A stretch of DNA of 63,767 bases, counting the filler, from an uncultured Synergistales bacterium (GTDB lineage: Bacteria > Synergistota > Synergistia > Synergistales > Aminobacteriaceae): assembly GCA_937897575.1 (NCBI GenBank). It is 5 parts of 5 records of this genome, joined end to end, with 100 filler letters (N's around TTAATTAATTAA, not from the genome) between each part and the next. Parts side by side here need not be neighbours in the genome. Positions count along the whole stretch, not along the records: positions 30,560 to 55,589 come from CALCQG010000060.1; positions 55,690 to 61,065 come from CALCQG010000064.1; 3 more parts are not named here. One strand, given 5' to 3'. The notes under the pieces are model-generated. The model did not search any database. It saw only the letters and a program-made list of their open reading frames with translations, and was not told where the DNA came from. Both the position numbers and the translations under genes were made by a program. Shown here piece by piece: positions 49,101 to 57,768 of this stretch (its first letter is position 1; each line of letters begins with the position of its first letter).

Positions 49101-49207
49101 AAGGCAAGGTGGCCGAATATCAGCGCTTCCGGCAGACCGGGTATTCGGACGACATGGTCGCCGAAGACAAGAGTACCTATGGAGAGAAGAATGATTCGGT
49201 GAATTGA
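46124..49207 (+). CDS. hsdR: Type I restriction endonuclease subunit R
   Basis: DL.LFINGLP..TIELKN, QHSAGSGKS, IIDEAH, FTATPK, FQTGFDEP, QTLSRLNR. Confidence 0.95.
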   Translation: MVFTDRTEKGFETLIVNWLVEQNGYEQGTNDDYSKEYAIDEIRLFRFLNDTQPKEMEKLGVNSSNQKKRQFLNRLSREITTRGIIDVLRNGVKAYPANLIMFYFTPTENNEESGEMFKKNIFSVTRQLRYSTDATKLALDLCLFINGLPVITIELKNHFTGQTTADAVEQYKEDRSPHDTLFSFKRCMVHFAVDDQTVMFCTKLAGKDSWFLPFNKGHNDGAGNPPNPNGIMTDYLWHDILTKWKLSRIIENYAQVITDEDPDTHKKTVKQIWPRYHQLDCVEKLLADVKQNGVGKRYLIQHSAGSGKSNSIAWLAHQLIGLEQDGHPMIDSVIVVTDRRILDKQIRDTIRQFMQVKNTVVWAKDSGDLKKAIQDGKRIIITTVEKFPYISQEIGQEHISNHFAIIIDEAHSGQSGRNSANMNLALSGMASDNEMDNEDKINAIVEGRKLVRTASYFAFTATPKNKTEEVFGTPYEEDGVIKHRPFHVYTMKQAIQEGFILDVLRNYTTIDSWYKIAKKVEDDPMFDKKRAQKKLRSFVEGNPDVIAKKAAMMVDHFHEQIIAKKKLNGKSRAMAVTASIPRCIETYYAINKCLAERHSPYKAIIAFSGECKYNGQDPALTSAEMNGFPDAKIPKEFKKDPYRLLVVADMFQTGFDEPLLQTMYVDKPLYDIAAVQTLSRLNRACPGKDEVYVLDFANKTSTIEEAFSKFYRTTILSGETDPNKLYDLITIMEEYQVYDNDDVEHVVDLFLGGAERDRLDPMLDPCVVTFNELEMDDQIKFKSAAKSFVRTYGFLGSILPYGNVEWEKLSIFLNLLIPKLPSPREDDLSEGILSAIDLDSYRNEAQEAVAIKLEDEDAEIAPVPAGKAGHVVEPEMDPLSHIISEFNDMFGNIQWNDADNVQKQILRIPAMVSRDEKYQNAMRNSDEQEARTESERALQKVIFAIMSDNMELFKQFQDNPSFKKWLTNMVFNLTYNKEGKPYEVPDDATQASKGKVAEYQRFRQTGYSDDMVAEDKSTYGEKNDSVN

Positions 49208-49238
49208 AGTTAGCTGAAGAAGACAGGAGGCGAATGGC

Positions 49239-50168
49239 GTGGAGTTATCGAAGACTGTAAAGGACAAAACATTCGATGATTACTTTACCGAGGTGAAGCA
49301 TTCCGAGACCATCACAGGGATGCTTCGCCCCGGTTCTCTGCGCCTATTCTGCCTTAACGTCAGGAACGGAAAGATCAGATCATCCGACCTTGAGAAATTC
49401 GCCATGCTCAACATCGGGCGCTACGTTTTCTCACGGGCAAAGCAGGAGAACTTCCGTAGTGCAGGAAACCTGGATTCCGTGACGCAGCAGGCGCTTCGGG
49501 TTATGAGAAAGAGCGCGAAAGCGCGGAATATAGCCGCTGGCGAGACGCTTGGCGAAATTATGGTTTACGCCGTCATGGAAGAAAAACTGAACGCGCACAA
49601 GCTCCTGAGCAAGATCGAACTCGGTACCGATGCCGCCCAGTATGCGAGCGAAGCGGACGGAATCCATTTCCTATGCAAAGATGGTGGGAACGTGCTGTCG
49701 GATCAGATGGTTTTCGGCGCTTCCAGCGTCACCGGTGATGTCAAGGACGCCATCGACATCGCATTCGAGAAAATATCTCGCATCGCGAATCATGAAGACA
49801 GCGAGCTGCTCCTTATCGAAAAAACGGCACTGGACCGTTTTTACGAAGAAGACGATCTGAAACTGTTGACCAGCTACGTTATCCCAGAGGAGCACAAGAA
49901 CGCCTCATATGGGACATCGTTCGGCGTGTTCCTCGGATACTCGCTCGGCCTGATCCCCGACGGCTACGACGATGACCAGTTCAGGGAACGCATGCACCTG
50001 AAAATGATCCGGGATATCAAAGCCCACGAGGACTACATCGCCGGAAAGATCAGGGAGGCTGGGCTGCAGAACCACTCGTTCTATTTCTTCACCCTGCCGC
50101 TCAATCAAGCCGAAACGGAAAGCAACGAGATCATGCAGCATGTCATGGAAGGAGATGTCGACCTATGA
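49239..50168 (+). CDS. hamA: Hachiman HamA-like protein (DUF1837), divergent active site
   Basis: LGEIMVY.VMEEKL.A.KLLSKIEL, ADGIH, FGVFLGY, FYFFTLP; coupled to a Ski2-like helicase. Confidence 0.8.
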   Translation: MELSKTVKDKTFDDYFTEVKHSETITGMLRPGSLRLFCLNVRNGKIRSSDLEKFAMLNIGRYVFSRAKQENFRSAGNLDSVTQQALRVMRKSAKARNIAAGETLGEIMVYAVMEEKLNAHKLLSKIELGTDAAQYASEADGIHFLCKDGGNVLSDQMVFGASSVTGDVKDAIDIAFEKISRIANHEDSELLLIEKTALDRFYEEDDLKLLTSYVIPEEHKNASYGTSFGVFLGYSLGLIPDGYDDDQFRERMHLKMIRDIKAHEDYIAGKIREAGLQNHSFYFFTLPLNQAETESNEIMQHVMEGDVDL

Positions 50169-52909
50169 ACACTGGTAAAAGAACACTAGGGTCGGCCATC
50201 TTCGCCGAGATCGAAAACAATGATTATCTCGGGAAGCTGTATGCGCGACTCCTCAAAGGCTACGGGATGCATGCCTTCAGCATAGATCAAGACCGGCAAG
50301 GCGCGCTGTTTACAGACAAGGAGAAAGCGGACATCCTTCGGTTCGCGGACATTCTCTCAAAATCTAATGATCTGGAGAAAGCCGATAGCCATAAGATCTG
50401 GGCGCAGGAAATAGCCATATTGATGAACGAGCTTTACCCGGATGACGCCCTTGTGAAAGCATACGCAGGTAACGTGTTCTCGAGCGTCGGGAATCACAAG
50501 GGCCTTGAATTGGTCAACAAGACGTATTCAGAGCCGAATGCGCTGGAGGAGATCTTCGCACAATTCCGCAGCGACTACCTTGCCATTCCTGCGGAGCCCG
50601 GCGAGCATTTCTTCGGAGAGCAGAAGAACGCCTACGACCATCTGACAGACGAATGCTTCAGCTACTCCGCTCCAACCTCGATGGGGAAATCCTTCATCAT
50701 GCGGATGTTCATCAAGGACGAAATCATGAATGGCGCTCAGAAGAACTATGCGCTGATCGTTCCAACCAAGGCACTGATAAACGAAGTGCGTACCAAGGTC
50801 ATCGACGACCTCGGTGGCGAAAAGAACACGGAGAGGATCAACTATCTCGCCCGCTGCAATTACAGCGTTGTGACCGCAGCCAGCGACATTGCTCTGGAGG
50901 ATGAGAGCCAGAACTTCATCCTCGTCATGACCCCGGAGCGGCTTCTGTATCTGCTGATAGCGAGACCTCACTTCGACCTGGACTACCTGTTCATCGACGA
51001 AGCGCACAAGCTTTCCGGAATAAACAGCCGAGCACCCTTCTATTACAAGGTGGTTGACAAGCTGGTTCACCGCCAGAAGAAACCACACTTCATTTTTGCG
51101 TCACCGAATATTCCCAATCCGCAGGTCTATCTGCGCTTGATGCTGAATGTGGAGGGCGGTGACGAAGAAGCCCTTACTATAACTTATTCGCCGGTCGTGC
51201 AGATCAAGTTCCTTGTTGATCTGCAGACAGGGCGAATTGAGGTTTATAACGAGCACGCGCCTGAGGAGCAGTGCAGGATACTGTTGGCGAATATCAACGG
51301 GAACGGCATCGAGGTGAATGACTTCCTGCTGGCAATCGAGACACAGAACCAGAGACTGCCGAAGGAAAGGCGCAAACAGAGCATCGTCTACTACAACGGG
51401 CGTAACAAGGCCGTAAATGCGGCGCATGCCTTCTTTGAACTGGTGAAGCCTAACGGACCGAGAAATGACCCACTTCTCGAATCCTTGGCAAAGGATATCC
51501 AGGACGAAGTCCATCAATGGTATTACTTGGCTGAAATGGTGCGCTATGGCATCGCCTACCACATCGGTTATCTTCCGGCATCCATACGGGCGCGGATCGA
51601 GGAGCTGTTCAAATCCGGAAACATCACGGTGATGTTCTGCACAAGCACTTTGCTTGAGGGCGTCAACCTGCCCGCTGACAACCTGTTCATCATGGAAAAC
51701 AAGATATTCTCAAAAGAGATGAACACCATAGATTTCCGTAACCTTATTGGGCGCGTGGGCAGAATCAGCTTCAACCTCTATGGGAATGTGTACTTTGTGG
51801 CGGAACGCGACAGCAAGGTCACAACAGGCGACTATGTGAGGATGCTTGGGCAGACGATTCCTGAGCAGTCGCTTTCCATTGCCACAGATCCGGATGTGCT
51901 CAAGAAGGTTGAAAAGCAGTACGTCGCTGACATTCTCAAAAGCGGAAAATCAGAAATCCCGAAACGAGTTAACGAAAAGGGAATATCTCGCCAAAGCGAG
52001 GAATCCTATGAGATGATGCGCCGATTCGCAACAATCCTTCAAGGCGACATCGTCCACGACCGGGACACGCTGGTACGCCGGGAATTCAGCGACTTCCTGA
52101 CACCTGCCGACGAGGAGCACATCCGGGAAACCTTCAAGGATGCCGAAGTGAAGCCGGATGACGACATCAATACGTCGGTCGATCAGACAAGAAATCTGAT
52201 AGCAGCGATCCGGAGAGAACAGAATCCGCTGCGTTATCCTGAGCTTGTCAATGGGAAAACCTCTTATCCTGATGTGGTCAGGTTCCTCGATGAACTTGCA
52301 GAAGTATTCAACTGGGAGGAGTATGAGGCCAGCTCGCTTGGAAAGCCATCACTCCGCAGCTGGTATGCCGTAGTCCTCTGCCAGTGGATGGATGGCGGCG
52401 GGCTGAAATACATCATGGACAGGGCTCTTGACTATCATAAGAAGAATCCCTATCCGTTCTGGATCAACAAGTATGGACAACTGGGCACATATAACCCGAA
52501 ATCACAGGAGCATCACAATATTGTGTTCGCTGATACGCTCGAGGTCATCGAGAACATCATCCTCTACAGTATCTCGAACTACTTCCTGCGGTTTTCCAAT
52601 GAGTATCGGAAGATCAAGGGTGACGAAGCACTCAACCGGAACAACTGGTACGAATACGTGGAATTCGGAACAACGAATCCGTTGACGATCTTGCTGCAGC
52701 GGAGCGGCTTCTCGCGAGAAGCGGCACGCTACATAAAGGAGCGTCGCGGCGAGTTCGTTATCCGGGATGGGAGCACTGGGCAATTGAGACTGAGTCCAGC
52801 ACTCGCCCAGTGCAGCAATACCGATGTGCGTAACGAGATTGTGTACATCAGGCAGAATTCTCCGGAGATTTTTGAGACCGGCAATTTTGACGAGGGACAA
52901 ACGCAATGA
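50165..52909 (+). CDS. hamB: Hachiman HamB-like Ski2-family DEAH helicase
   Basis: SAPTSMGKS, IVPTKALINE, MTPERL, IDEAH, GIAYH, CTSTLLEGVNLPA, NLIGRVGR. Confidence 0.85.
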   Translation: MNTGKRTLGSAIFAEIENNDYLGKLYARLLKGYGMHAFSIDQDRQGALFTDKEKADILRFADILSKSNDLEKADSHKIWAQEIAILMNELYPDDALVKAYAGNVFSSVGNHKGLELVNKTYSEPNALEEIFAQFRSDYLAIPAEPGEHFFGEQKNAYDHLTDECFSYSAPTSMGKSFIMRMFIKDEIMNGAQKNYALIVPTKALINEVRTKVIDDLGGEKNTERINYLARCNYSVVTAASDIALEDESQNFILVMTPERLLYLLIARPHFDLDYLFIDEAHKLSGINSRAPFYYKVVDKLVHRQKKPHFIFASPNIPNPQVYLRLMLNVEGGDEEALTITYSPVVQIKFLVDLQTGRIEVYNEHAPEEQCRILLANINGNGIEVNDFLLAIETQNQRLPKERRKQSIVYYNGRNKAVNAAHAFFELVKPNGPRNDPLLESLAKDIQDEVHQWYYLAEMVRYGIAYHIGYLPASIRARIEELFKSGNITVMFCTSTLLEGVNLPADNLFIMENKIFSKEMNTIDFRNLIGRVGRISFNLYGNVYFVAERDSKVTTGDYVRMLGQTIPEQSLSIATDPDVLKKVEKQYVADILKSGKSEIPKRVNEKGISRQSEESYEMMRRFATILQGDIVHDRDTLVRREFSDFLTPADEEHIRETFKDAEVKPDDDINTSVDQTRNLIAAIRREQNPLRYPELVNGKTSYPDVVRFLDELAEVFNWEEYEASSLGKPSLRSWYAVVLCQWMDGGGLKYIMDRALDYHKKNPYPFWINKYGQLGTYNPKSQEHHNIVFADTLEVIENIILYSISNYFLRFSNEYRKIKGDEALNRNNWYEYVEFGTTNPLTILLQRSGFSREAARYIKERRGEFVIRDGSTGQLRLSPALAQCSNTDVRNEIVYIRQNSPEIFETGNFDEGQTQ

Positions 52910-55260
52910 AGAAGATCGATAAGACAGACACGCTCAAGACGATTCTGAGCGGGCGCAAGTACACGGTGGATTATTTCCAGCGGGAATATCGGTGGGGCCA
53001 GAAGCAGATCGAGCAGATGATCGCCGACTTCCAGAGCACCTTCGAGGAGTATTACGATCCGGAGGATCATGACACGACCGAGGAAGTCATGGGATATGGC
53101 TTCTATTACATGGGGTGCATCATCTGCACGGGAGGTTCGGTCAAGAAGATCATTGACGGGCAGCAGCGGCTGACGTCGCTGACACTGCTTTTGATCTACC
53201 TCAACAACCTGCAGAAGGAGACAATCGAAAACGCTGACGAACGGGTCCCGCTCGACGACATGATTTATTCGAACGCGTTCGGCAAGAAGAGCTTCAGCAT
53301 CGATGTGAAGGACCGCGGCCCGTGCATGCAGGCATTGCTGCAGGGCGACGAGACTTGTGCGCCGGAGAACGAGAGCGCCCAGAACATGCTCGACCGGTAC
53401 GAGGACATCGAGGACCTGTTCCCCGACGAGCTCAAGGGAGAGGCGCTTCTGTACTTCATCTACTGGCTTATCGAGAAGGTGCTCCTTCTGGAGATCGACA
53501 CTCCTTCGGACGACGAGGCGCACACGATATTCCTCACCATGAATGACCGCGGTCTGAGTCTGAACAGCGCGGAGATGATGAAGGCATACATCATCCAGCA
53601 GGTGGCAGAGCAGGACCGGATCGCGGTCAACCGCCAGTGGCAGGACAACATCAACCGCATCAAGAACGCCTCCTCCTATGACACGAGCGGCATGGTAAAC
53701 ACGCAGGACGTGGAGTTCATCTCCGCCTGGCTGCGTGCTAAGTACGCCAGCACCATGCGTGACACCAAGCGCGGTGCCAGAGACGAAGACTATGAACTCC
53801 TCGGCGACAAGTTCCACACATGGGTCCGCAACAACGCCCGGTCGGCGATGAATCTCGTAAAGCCGAAGGACTACAAGGATTTCGTACTTACCGAGATGAC
53901 GCGCGTGACCGACATCTATCTGCGGATGAAGGAATATGGCGGCAAGCTCACCGAAGGTTATGAAGAGGTCTTATACAATGCGAACCGGGATCTGACCTAC
54001 CAGACCATGCTCGCCATCGCTGCCATCAGGAACGACGACCCCGAGGACGTCATCAAGCGGAAGATCCAGATGACCGCCAAGTTCGTGGACGACTTCGCAA
54101 CCATCCGGATCATGAACTTCAAGAAGGTCAACTGGAACACAAACAAATACCTGCTGTTCCGCATGATGCTTGATATCCGGAACGAGGACTGCAAGACGAT
54201 GGGGATGGTCTACGTACGCACCCTGCGGCGCATGGACGTGACCGTCGAGGGCGTCACCCGGTTCAGCCTGAACCAGTTCTCCGGACGGTACATGCTTCAC
54301 ATCCTCGCTCGGTTCACCTCCTACGTGAACGTGCAGATGGGGAATCCGTCGCACTTCGAGGAATACGTCGACCGCAAGCGCCAGGGCAACACCTACGATA
54401 TCGAGCACATCCTGCCCGACAAGTACGAGGACTACAAGGACAGCTTCGCGGACTACGACGACTTCGAAACTACCAGAAACCAGATCGGGAACCTGATTCT
54501 GCTCACGCGTGACAAGAACAGAAGCTACCAGGCGATGAAGTACACGGAGAAGGTCCAGAAATACGCCGGGGACAACATACTCGCGCAGGCTTTGAACGGC
54601 ACCGCGTACACGAACAACCCGAAGTTCCTCGAAGTGGCGGACGAATACGGTTTCAAGGCCATTACCGATTTCGGCAAGCAGAGCATCGCCGACCGGGCGG
54701 AGATCTACCTGCGCATGGCCAGTGACATCTGGAATCCGGACGCCATCAAGCAGATCGCGGGCAGCTGGACCGATGACGAGGAGAAGGGGTTCTTCAAGAA
54801 CGAGAAAGGCCGTGAATTCACTGTCGGCTACGCTGACCGCAGCTGGCCGGACGCGCTGAAGTACGGATTCCTGTCCGCGAATCTTGGCGGAAGCGGGAAG
54901 TCGATCTACAACGTACAGGTCGGTGACACCATCTACTGCCACATCGCCGGGAACGGCTTCGTCGGCATTGGCGAATGCACGTCGACCGCCGTGCCGATGA
55001 AGAACTTCACCGTGATGGTCAATGGCACGCCGACCCCTGTGGCTGACGCTTCATGGGAATCCGAGGAAGCCAAGCGGAATCTCGATCCCAACAAGGAGGT
55101 GTTCATCGGGGTCGCGTGGAAGAGTTACGTGACCGATGTCAACGATGCCTACTGGGAGAAAGGAATGAAGACCGTTCCTCTCGTGGCCTATATGCTCAAC
55201 GACAAGATGACGCACCAGAAGGTCAGAGAACACTTCGGCTATACCGAAGCCGACGACTGA
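52906..55260 (+). CDS. GmrSD-family (DUF262 + DUF1524/HNH) nuclease with extra C-terminal domain
   Basis: FQREYRW, IIDGQQRLT, F..MNDRG..L; DIEHILP...IGNLILL...N; about 150-aa C-terminal extension. Confidence 0.88.
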   Translation: MKKIDKTDTLKTILSGRKYTVDYFQREYRWGQKQIEQMIADFQSTFEEYYDPEDHDTTEEVMGYGFYYMGCIICTGGSVKKIIDGQQRLTSLTLLLIYLNNLQKETIENADERVPLDDMIYSNAFGKKSFSIDVKDRGPCMQALLQGDETCAPENESAQNMLDRYEDIEDLFPDELKGEALLYFIYWLIEKVLLLEIDTPSDDEAHTIFLTMNDRGLSLNSAEMMKAYIIQQVAEQDRIAVNRQWQDNINRIKNASSYDTSGMVNTQDVEFISAWLRAKYASTMRDTKRGARDEDYELLGDKFHTWVRNNARSAMNLVKPKDYKDFVLTEMTRVTDIYLRMKEYGGKLTEGYEEVLYNANRDLTYQTMLAIAAIRNDDPEDVIKRKIQMTAKFVDDFATIRIMNFKKVNWNTNKYLLFRMMLDIRNEDCKTMGMVYVRTLRRMDVTVEGVTRFSLNQFSGRYMLHILARFTSYVNVQMGNPSHFEEYVDRKRQGNTYDIEHILPDKYEDYKDSFADYDDFETTRNQIGNLILLTRDKNRSYQAMKYTEKVQKYAGDNILAQALNGTAYTNNPKFLEVADEYGFKAITDFGKQSIADRAEIYLRMASDIWNPDAIKQIAGSWTDDEEKGFFKNEKGREFTVGYADRSWPDALKYGFLSANLGGSGKSIYNVQVGDTIYCHIAGNGFVGIGECTSTAVPMKNFTVMVNGTPTPVADASWESEEAKRNLDPNKEVFIGVAWKSYVTDVNDAYWEKGMKTVPLVAYMLNDKMTHQKVREHFGYTEADD

Positions 55261-55459
55261 ACCTTCGAACGATAGCCATACATTTTAACGATTACAGAAC
55301 GGGGGTGTCGCTTTTGACTACAGCTGCTGCAAACCTATACCAGCACAGGGCCGCAAGTGCGCCCTTTTCTGCTGGTTCGAAACTGAAGAAAGCCCAGAAA
55401 TCAAGCCGTTTCAGGACCAGAAACACATATGGGGTTGGTATCAAAGATAGAGTCTTAAT

Positions 55460-55589
55460 AGAGGCTGCAAGCGCCACCGGCAACGTGATCATCCAAAAGG
55501 ATGACATCTTGATGCCGTACTGAGGAATGACGAGAAAAAAGAAGTAGATGAGCAAAAGCGAAGGCACGCCGCGAAAGAATTCGATGACG
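55460..55589 (-). pseudogene. Amino-acid ABC permease gene fragment broken at the element junction
   Basis: Translates VIEFFRGVPSLLLIYFFFLVIPQYGIKMSSFWMITLPVALAAS, then loses similarity before the expected conserved loop. Confidence 0.7.
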
Positions 55590-55689
55590 NNNNNNNNNNN
55601 NNNNNNNNNNNNNNNNNNNNNNNNNNNNNNNNNTTAATTAATTAANNNNNNNNNNNNNNNNNNNNNNNNNNNNNNNNNNNNNNNNNNNN
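55590..55689. other. Artificial contig linker
   Basis: N-run + TTAATTAATTAA + N-run. Confidence 0.98.
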
Positions 55690-55963
55690 AGGCCGCCCCC
55701 ACGAGGAAGTTCCCCAGCTCGCCCACACCGGCGGTGGTGGTGGTGAAGAGGTGGAGAAGGTTCTTCACGAGCTCGACGAGGACGCCCGTCCCGGGGCCGT
55801 AGAAGAAGGAGGCCACGAGGGGCGGCAGGTCCGACAGGTCGACCTTGAGGAAGCTCGGGAAGATCGGCAGCGGGAAGTCGAGGTGCATGAAGATGAGGGC
55901 CAGGGCGGAGAGCAGCGCCGTCCAGACCGTTTTTTTCGTTTCGTTCCCTCTTTTGTTCTCCAT
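55690..55963 (-). CDS. ECF transporter S component (RibU-like), 3' end lost at contig edge
   Basis: FP.FLKVDLSDLP.L...F.YGP..GVLVELVKNLL...GVGELGNF. Confidence 0.85.
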
Positions 55964-56270
55964 GATATCCCCCTGCCGGACGAAAAGTGCGGCCCCGGAC
56001 GGATGAGAGCCCGGGGCTCATGCGCAAAGGACCTGAGCGCCGGATTGCGGTCCGGCGCAGTGTCATTATAGAGCACACGGCGCCCTTTCGCCACGGCGCA
56101 GCGCCCGTCCTCCGCGATCGTCCGGCGGATCCTCGAAGGAGTGCCCGCTGTGAGGCGGCGATGCACCATAATAGCGATGAACATTGTCTGTTTACTGGGA
56201 CGGACGTCGCAGGCCACTTTCGGCCTCGCGGGGCAGCTTCGATCGAGTCGTCGGGAAGGGGAGGGTTTCG

Positions 56271-56642
56271 GTGGTCGATTGTCTTGTGGTAGGGGCCGGC
56301 GGTTTTCTCGGCGCTCTGTTGCGCCACGTCGTCGGGTTGCTCCCGATCAGGCCGGAGAACGGTTTCCCCGTTCACACGCTGTCCATCAACATCCTGGGCT
56401 CCTTCGCCATCGGCGTGATCGCCGCGCTGGCCGCGCGGTTGGGGCACCACCCGGACGAGCGGTGGATTCTTTTCCTCAAGGTCGGCCTGTGCGGCGGGTT
56501 CACAACGTTTTCCTCCTTCTCCCTGGAGTCCGTGCACCTCTTCCGGAGCGGAGGGGCATGGCCCGGCGCCCTCTACATCCTGATCAGCCTTATCGGCTGC
56601 CTTGGGGCGGTGCTGGCGGGACAGTGGCTCGTCAGCCGCTAG
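56271..56642 (+). CDS. crcB: Fluoride efflux channel FluC/CrcB
   Basis: GGFLGALLR, FP..TL.INILGSF, GLCGGFTTFSSFS.E. Confidence 0.93.
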   Translation: MVDCLVVGAGGFLGALLRHVVGLLPIRPENGFPVHTLSINILGSFAIGVIAALAARLGHHPDERWILFLKVGLCGGFTTFSSFSLESVHLFRSGGAWPGALYILISLIGCLGAVLAGQWLVSR

Positions 56643-56834
56643 AGGGCCGCTGAAGAGGTATCTCTCCTTTCTCCGGCGGCGAAGCGACGTCGGCGGACCG
56701 GGAGCGCTCTCCGCCTCGCGAAGAACGCCGAAGCTCTGATAATTTTTCGCTCTTTGCGCGCAAGTACGGGAATTGTACTGATTCCTTTTTTCGTCGCTCA
56801 TAGTAGGTTGGCGGGACAGAAGGAGGTGGACGTC

Positions 56835-57755
56835 GTGGAGAGAAGAGAGTTCATCAAGCGTTCGCTGGCCCTCGGGGTCGGCGTCGGCGTGCTGTTCCTC
56901 CCGAAAGGGATGGGGCGCGCAGTCCGGCGGGCCGGTGCGGCCGAAGAGGCATTCCCTGACCTCGTTGCCCTGAAGGGCGCTGCGCCCGAGGCCATGTTCG
57001 ACCGCGGCATGAAGGAGCTGGGCGGCATGGGGCGGTTCGTCCGCAAGGGGCAGACGGTGGTCGTCAAGCCCAACATGTCCTGGGACACCCGCCAGGAGCT
57101 GGCGTCCAACACGTCCCCCTCCCTCGTGGCGCGGGTGGTCAAGCACTGCCTGGACGCCGGGGCGAAGAAGGTGTACGTCCTGGACCACTCCATCGAGCAC
57201 TGGGAGAACAGCCGCGAGGGCAGCGGCATCGGCGACGCTATACGAAGTTCCGGGGCGGTCTACGCCCCGGCGGAGCGGGAGCGGTACTATCAGGACGTCC
57301 CGGTGAACGGCGGTGCCCTCGCGAGGACGATGGTTCACGAGGCGCTCCTCGAGAGCGACGTCCTCATCAGCGTCCCCGTCCTGAAACATCACGGCGGCGC
57401 GGGGGTGAGCATCTCGGCGAAAAACCTCATGGGCTGCGTCTGGAGCCGGTGGGACTATCACTCGAAGGGCTTGCAGCAGTGCATCGCCGACTTCCTTCGT
57501 GTCCGGAAGCCGGACCTGAACGTGGTGGATGCCTACCGGGTGATCACGAGGAACGGCCCCAGGGGAGGGTCACCGGACGACGTGGCGGCGATGGGGTCGC
57601 TCATCCTCTCGCCGGATATCGTCGCGGCCGACACGGCCGGGTCCATGATGCTGGGGCGCAAGCAGGGGGAGATCGAGCATATCCGTCTCTCCGCCGCGGC
57701 CGGCTTCGGCGAGATGGACCTGTCGAAGCTGAAGATCGAGCGGATCGTGCTGTGA
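56835..57755 (+). CDS. DUF362-domain protein with Tat signal
   Basis: ERREFIK twin-arginine leader, VVKPN, VPVLKHH, KNLMG, D.VAAD. Confidence 0.88.
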   Translation: MERREFIKRSLALGVGVGVLFLPKGMGRAVRRAGAAEEAFPDLVALKGAAPEAMFDRGMKELGGMGRFVRKGQTVVVKPNMSWDTRQELASNTSPSLVARVVKHCLDAGAKKVYVLDHSIEHWENSREGSGIGDAIRSSGAVYAPAERERYYQDVPVNGGALARTMVHEALLESDVLISVPVLKHHGGAGVSISAKNLMGCVWSRWDYHSKGLQQCIADFLRVRKPDLNVVDAYRVITRNGPRGGSPDDVAAMGSLILSPDIVAADTAGSMMLGRKQGEIEHIRLSAAAGFGEMDLSKLKIERIVL

Positions 57756-57768
57756 GGGCCGCCTCACG

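Larger units (their letters stand above)
30620..55459. mobile_element. Prophage-like integrative element (DUF2800/DUF2815/PolA replication module plus defence cargo), one arm
   Basis: Phage replication genes leftward, defence operon rightward, junction with a broken permease gene at about 55460. Confidence 0.8.

Noticed and set aside
55292..55567. 91-aa ORF as an independent gene
   Set aside because: It is a chimera of the broken permease and read-through into the element end
56150..56270. Fluoride riboswitch upstream of crcB
   Set aside because: GGCGATG is present but the complementary stem and downstream conserved pseudoknot segment were not found
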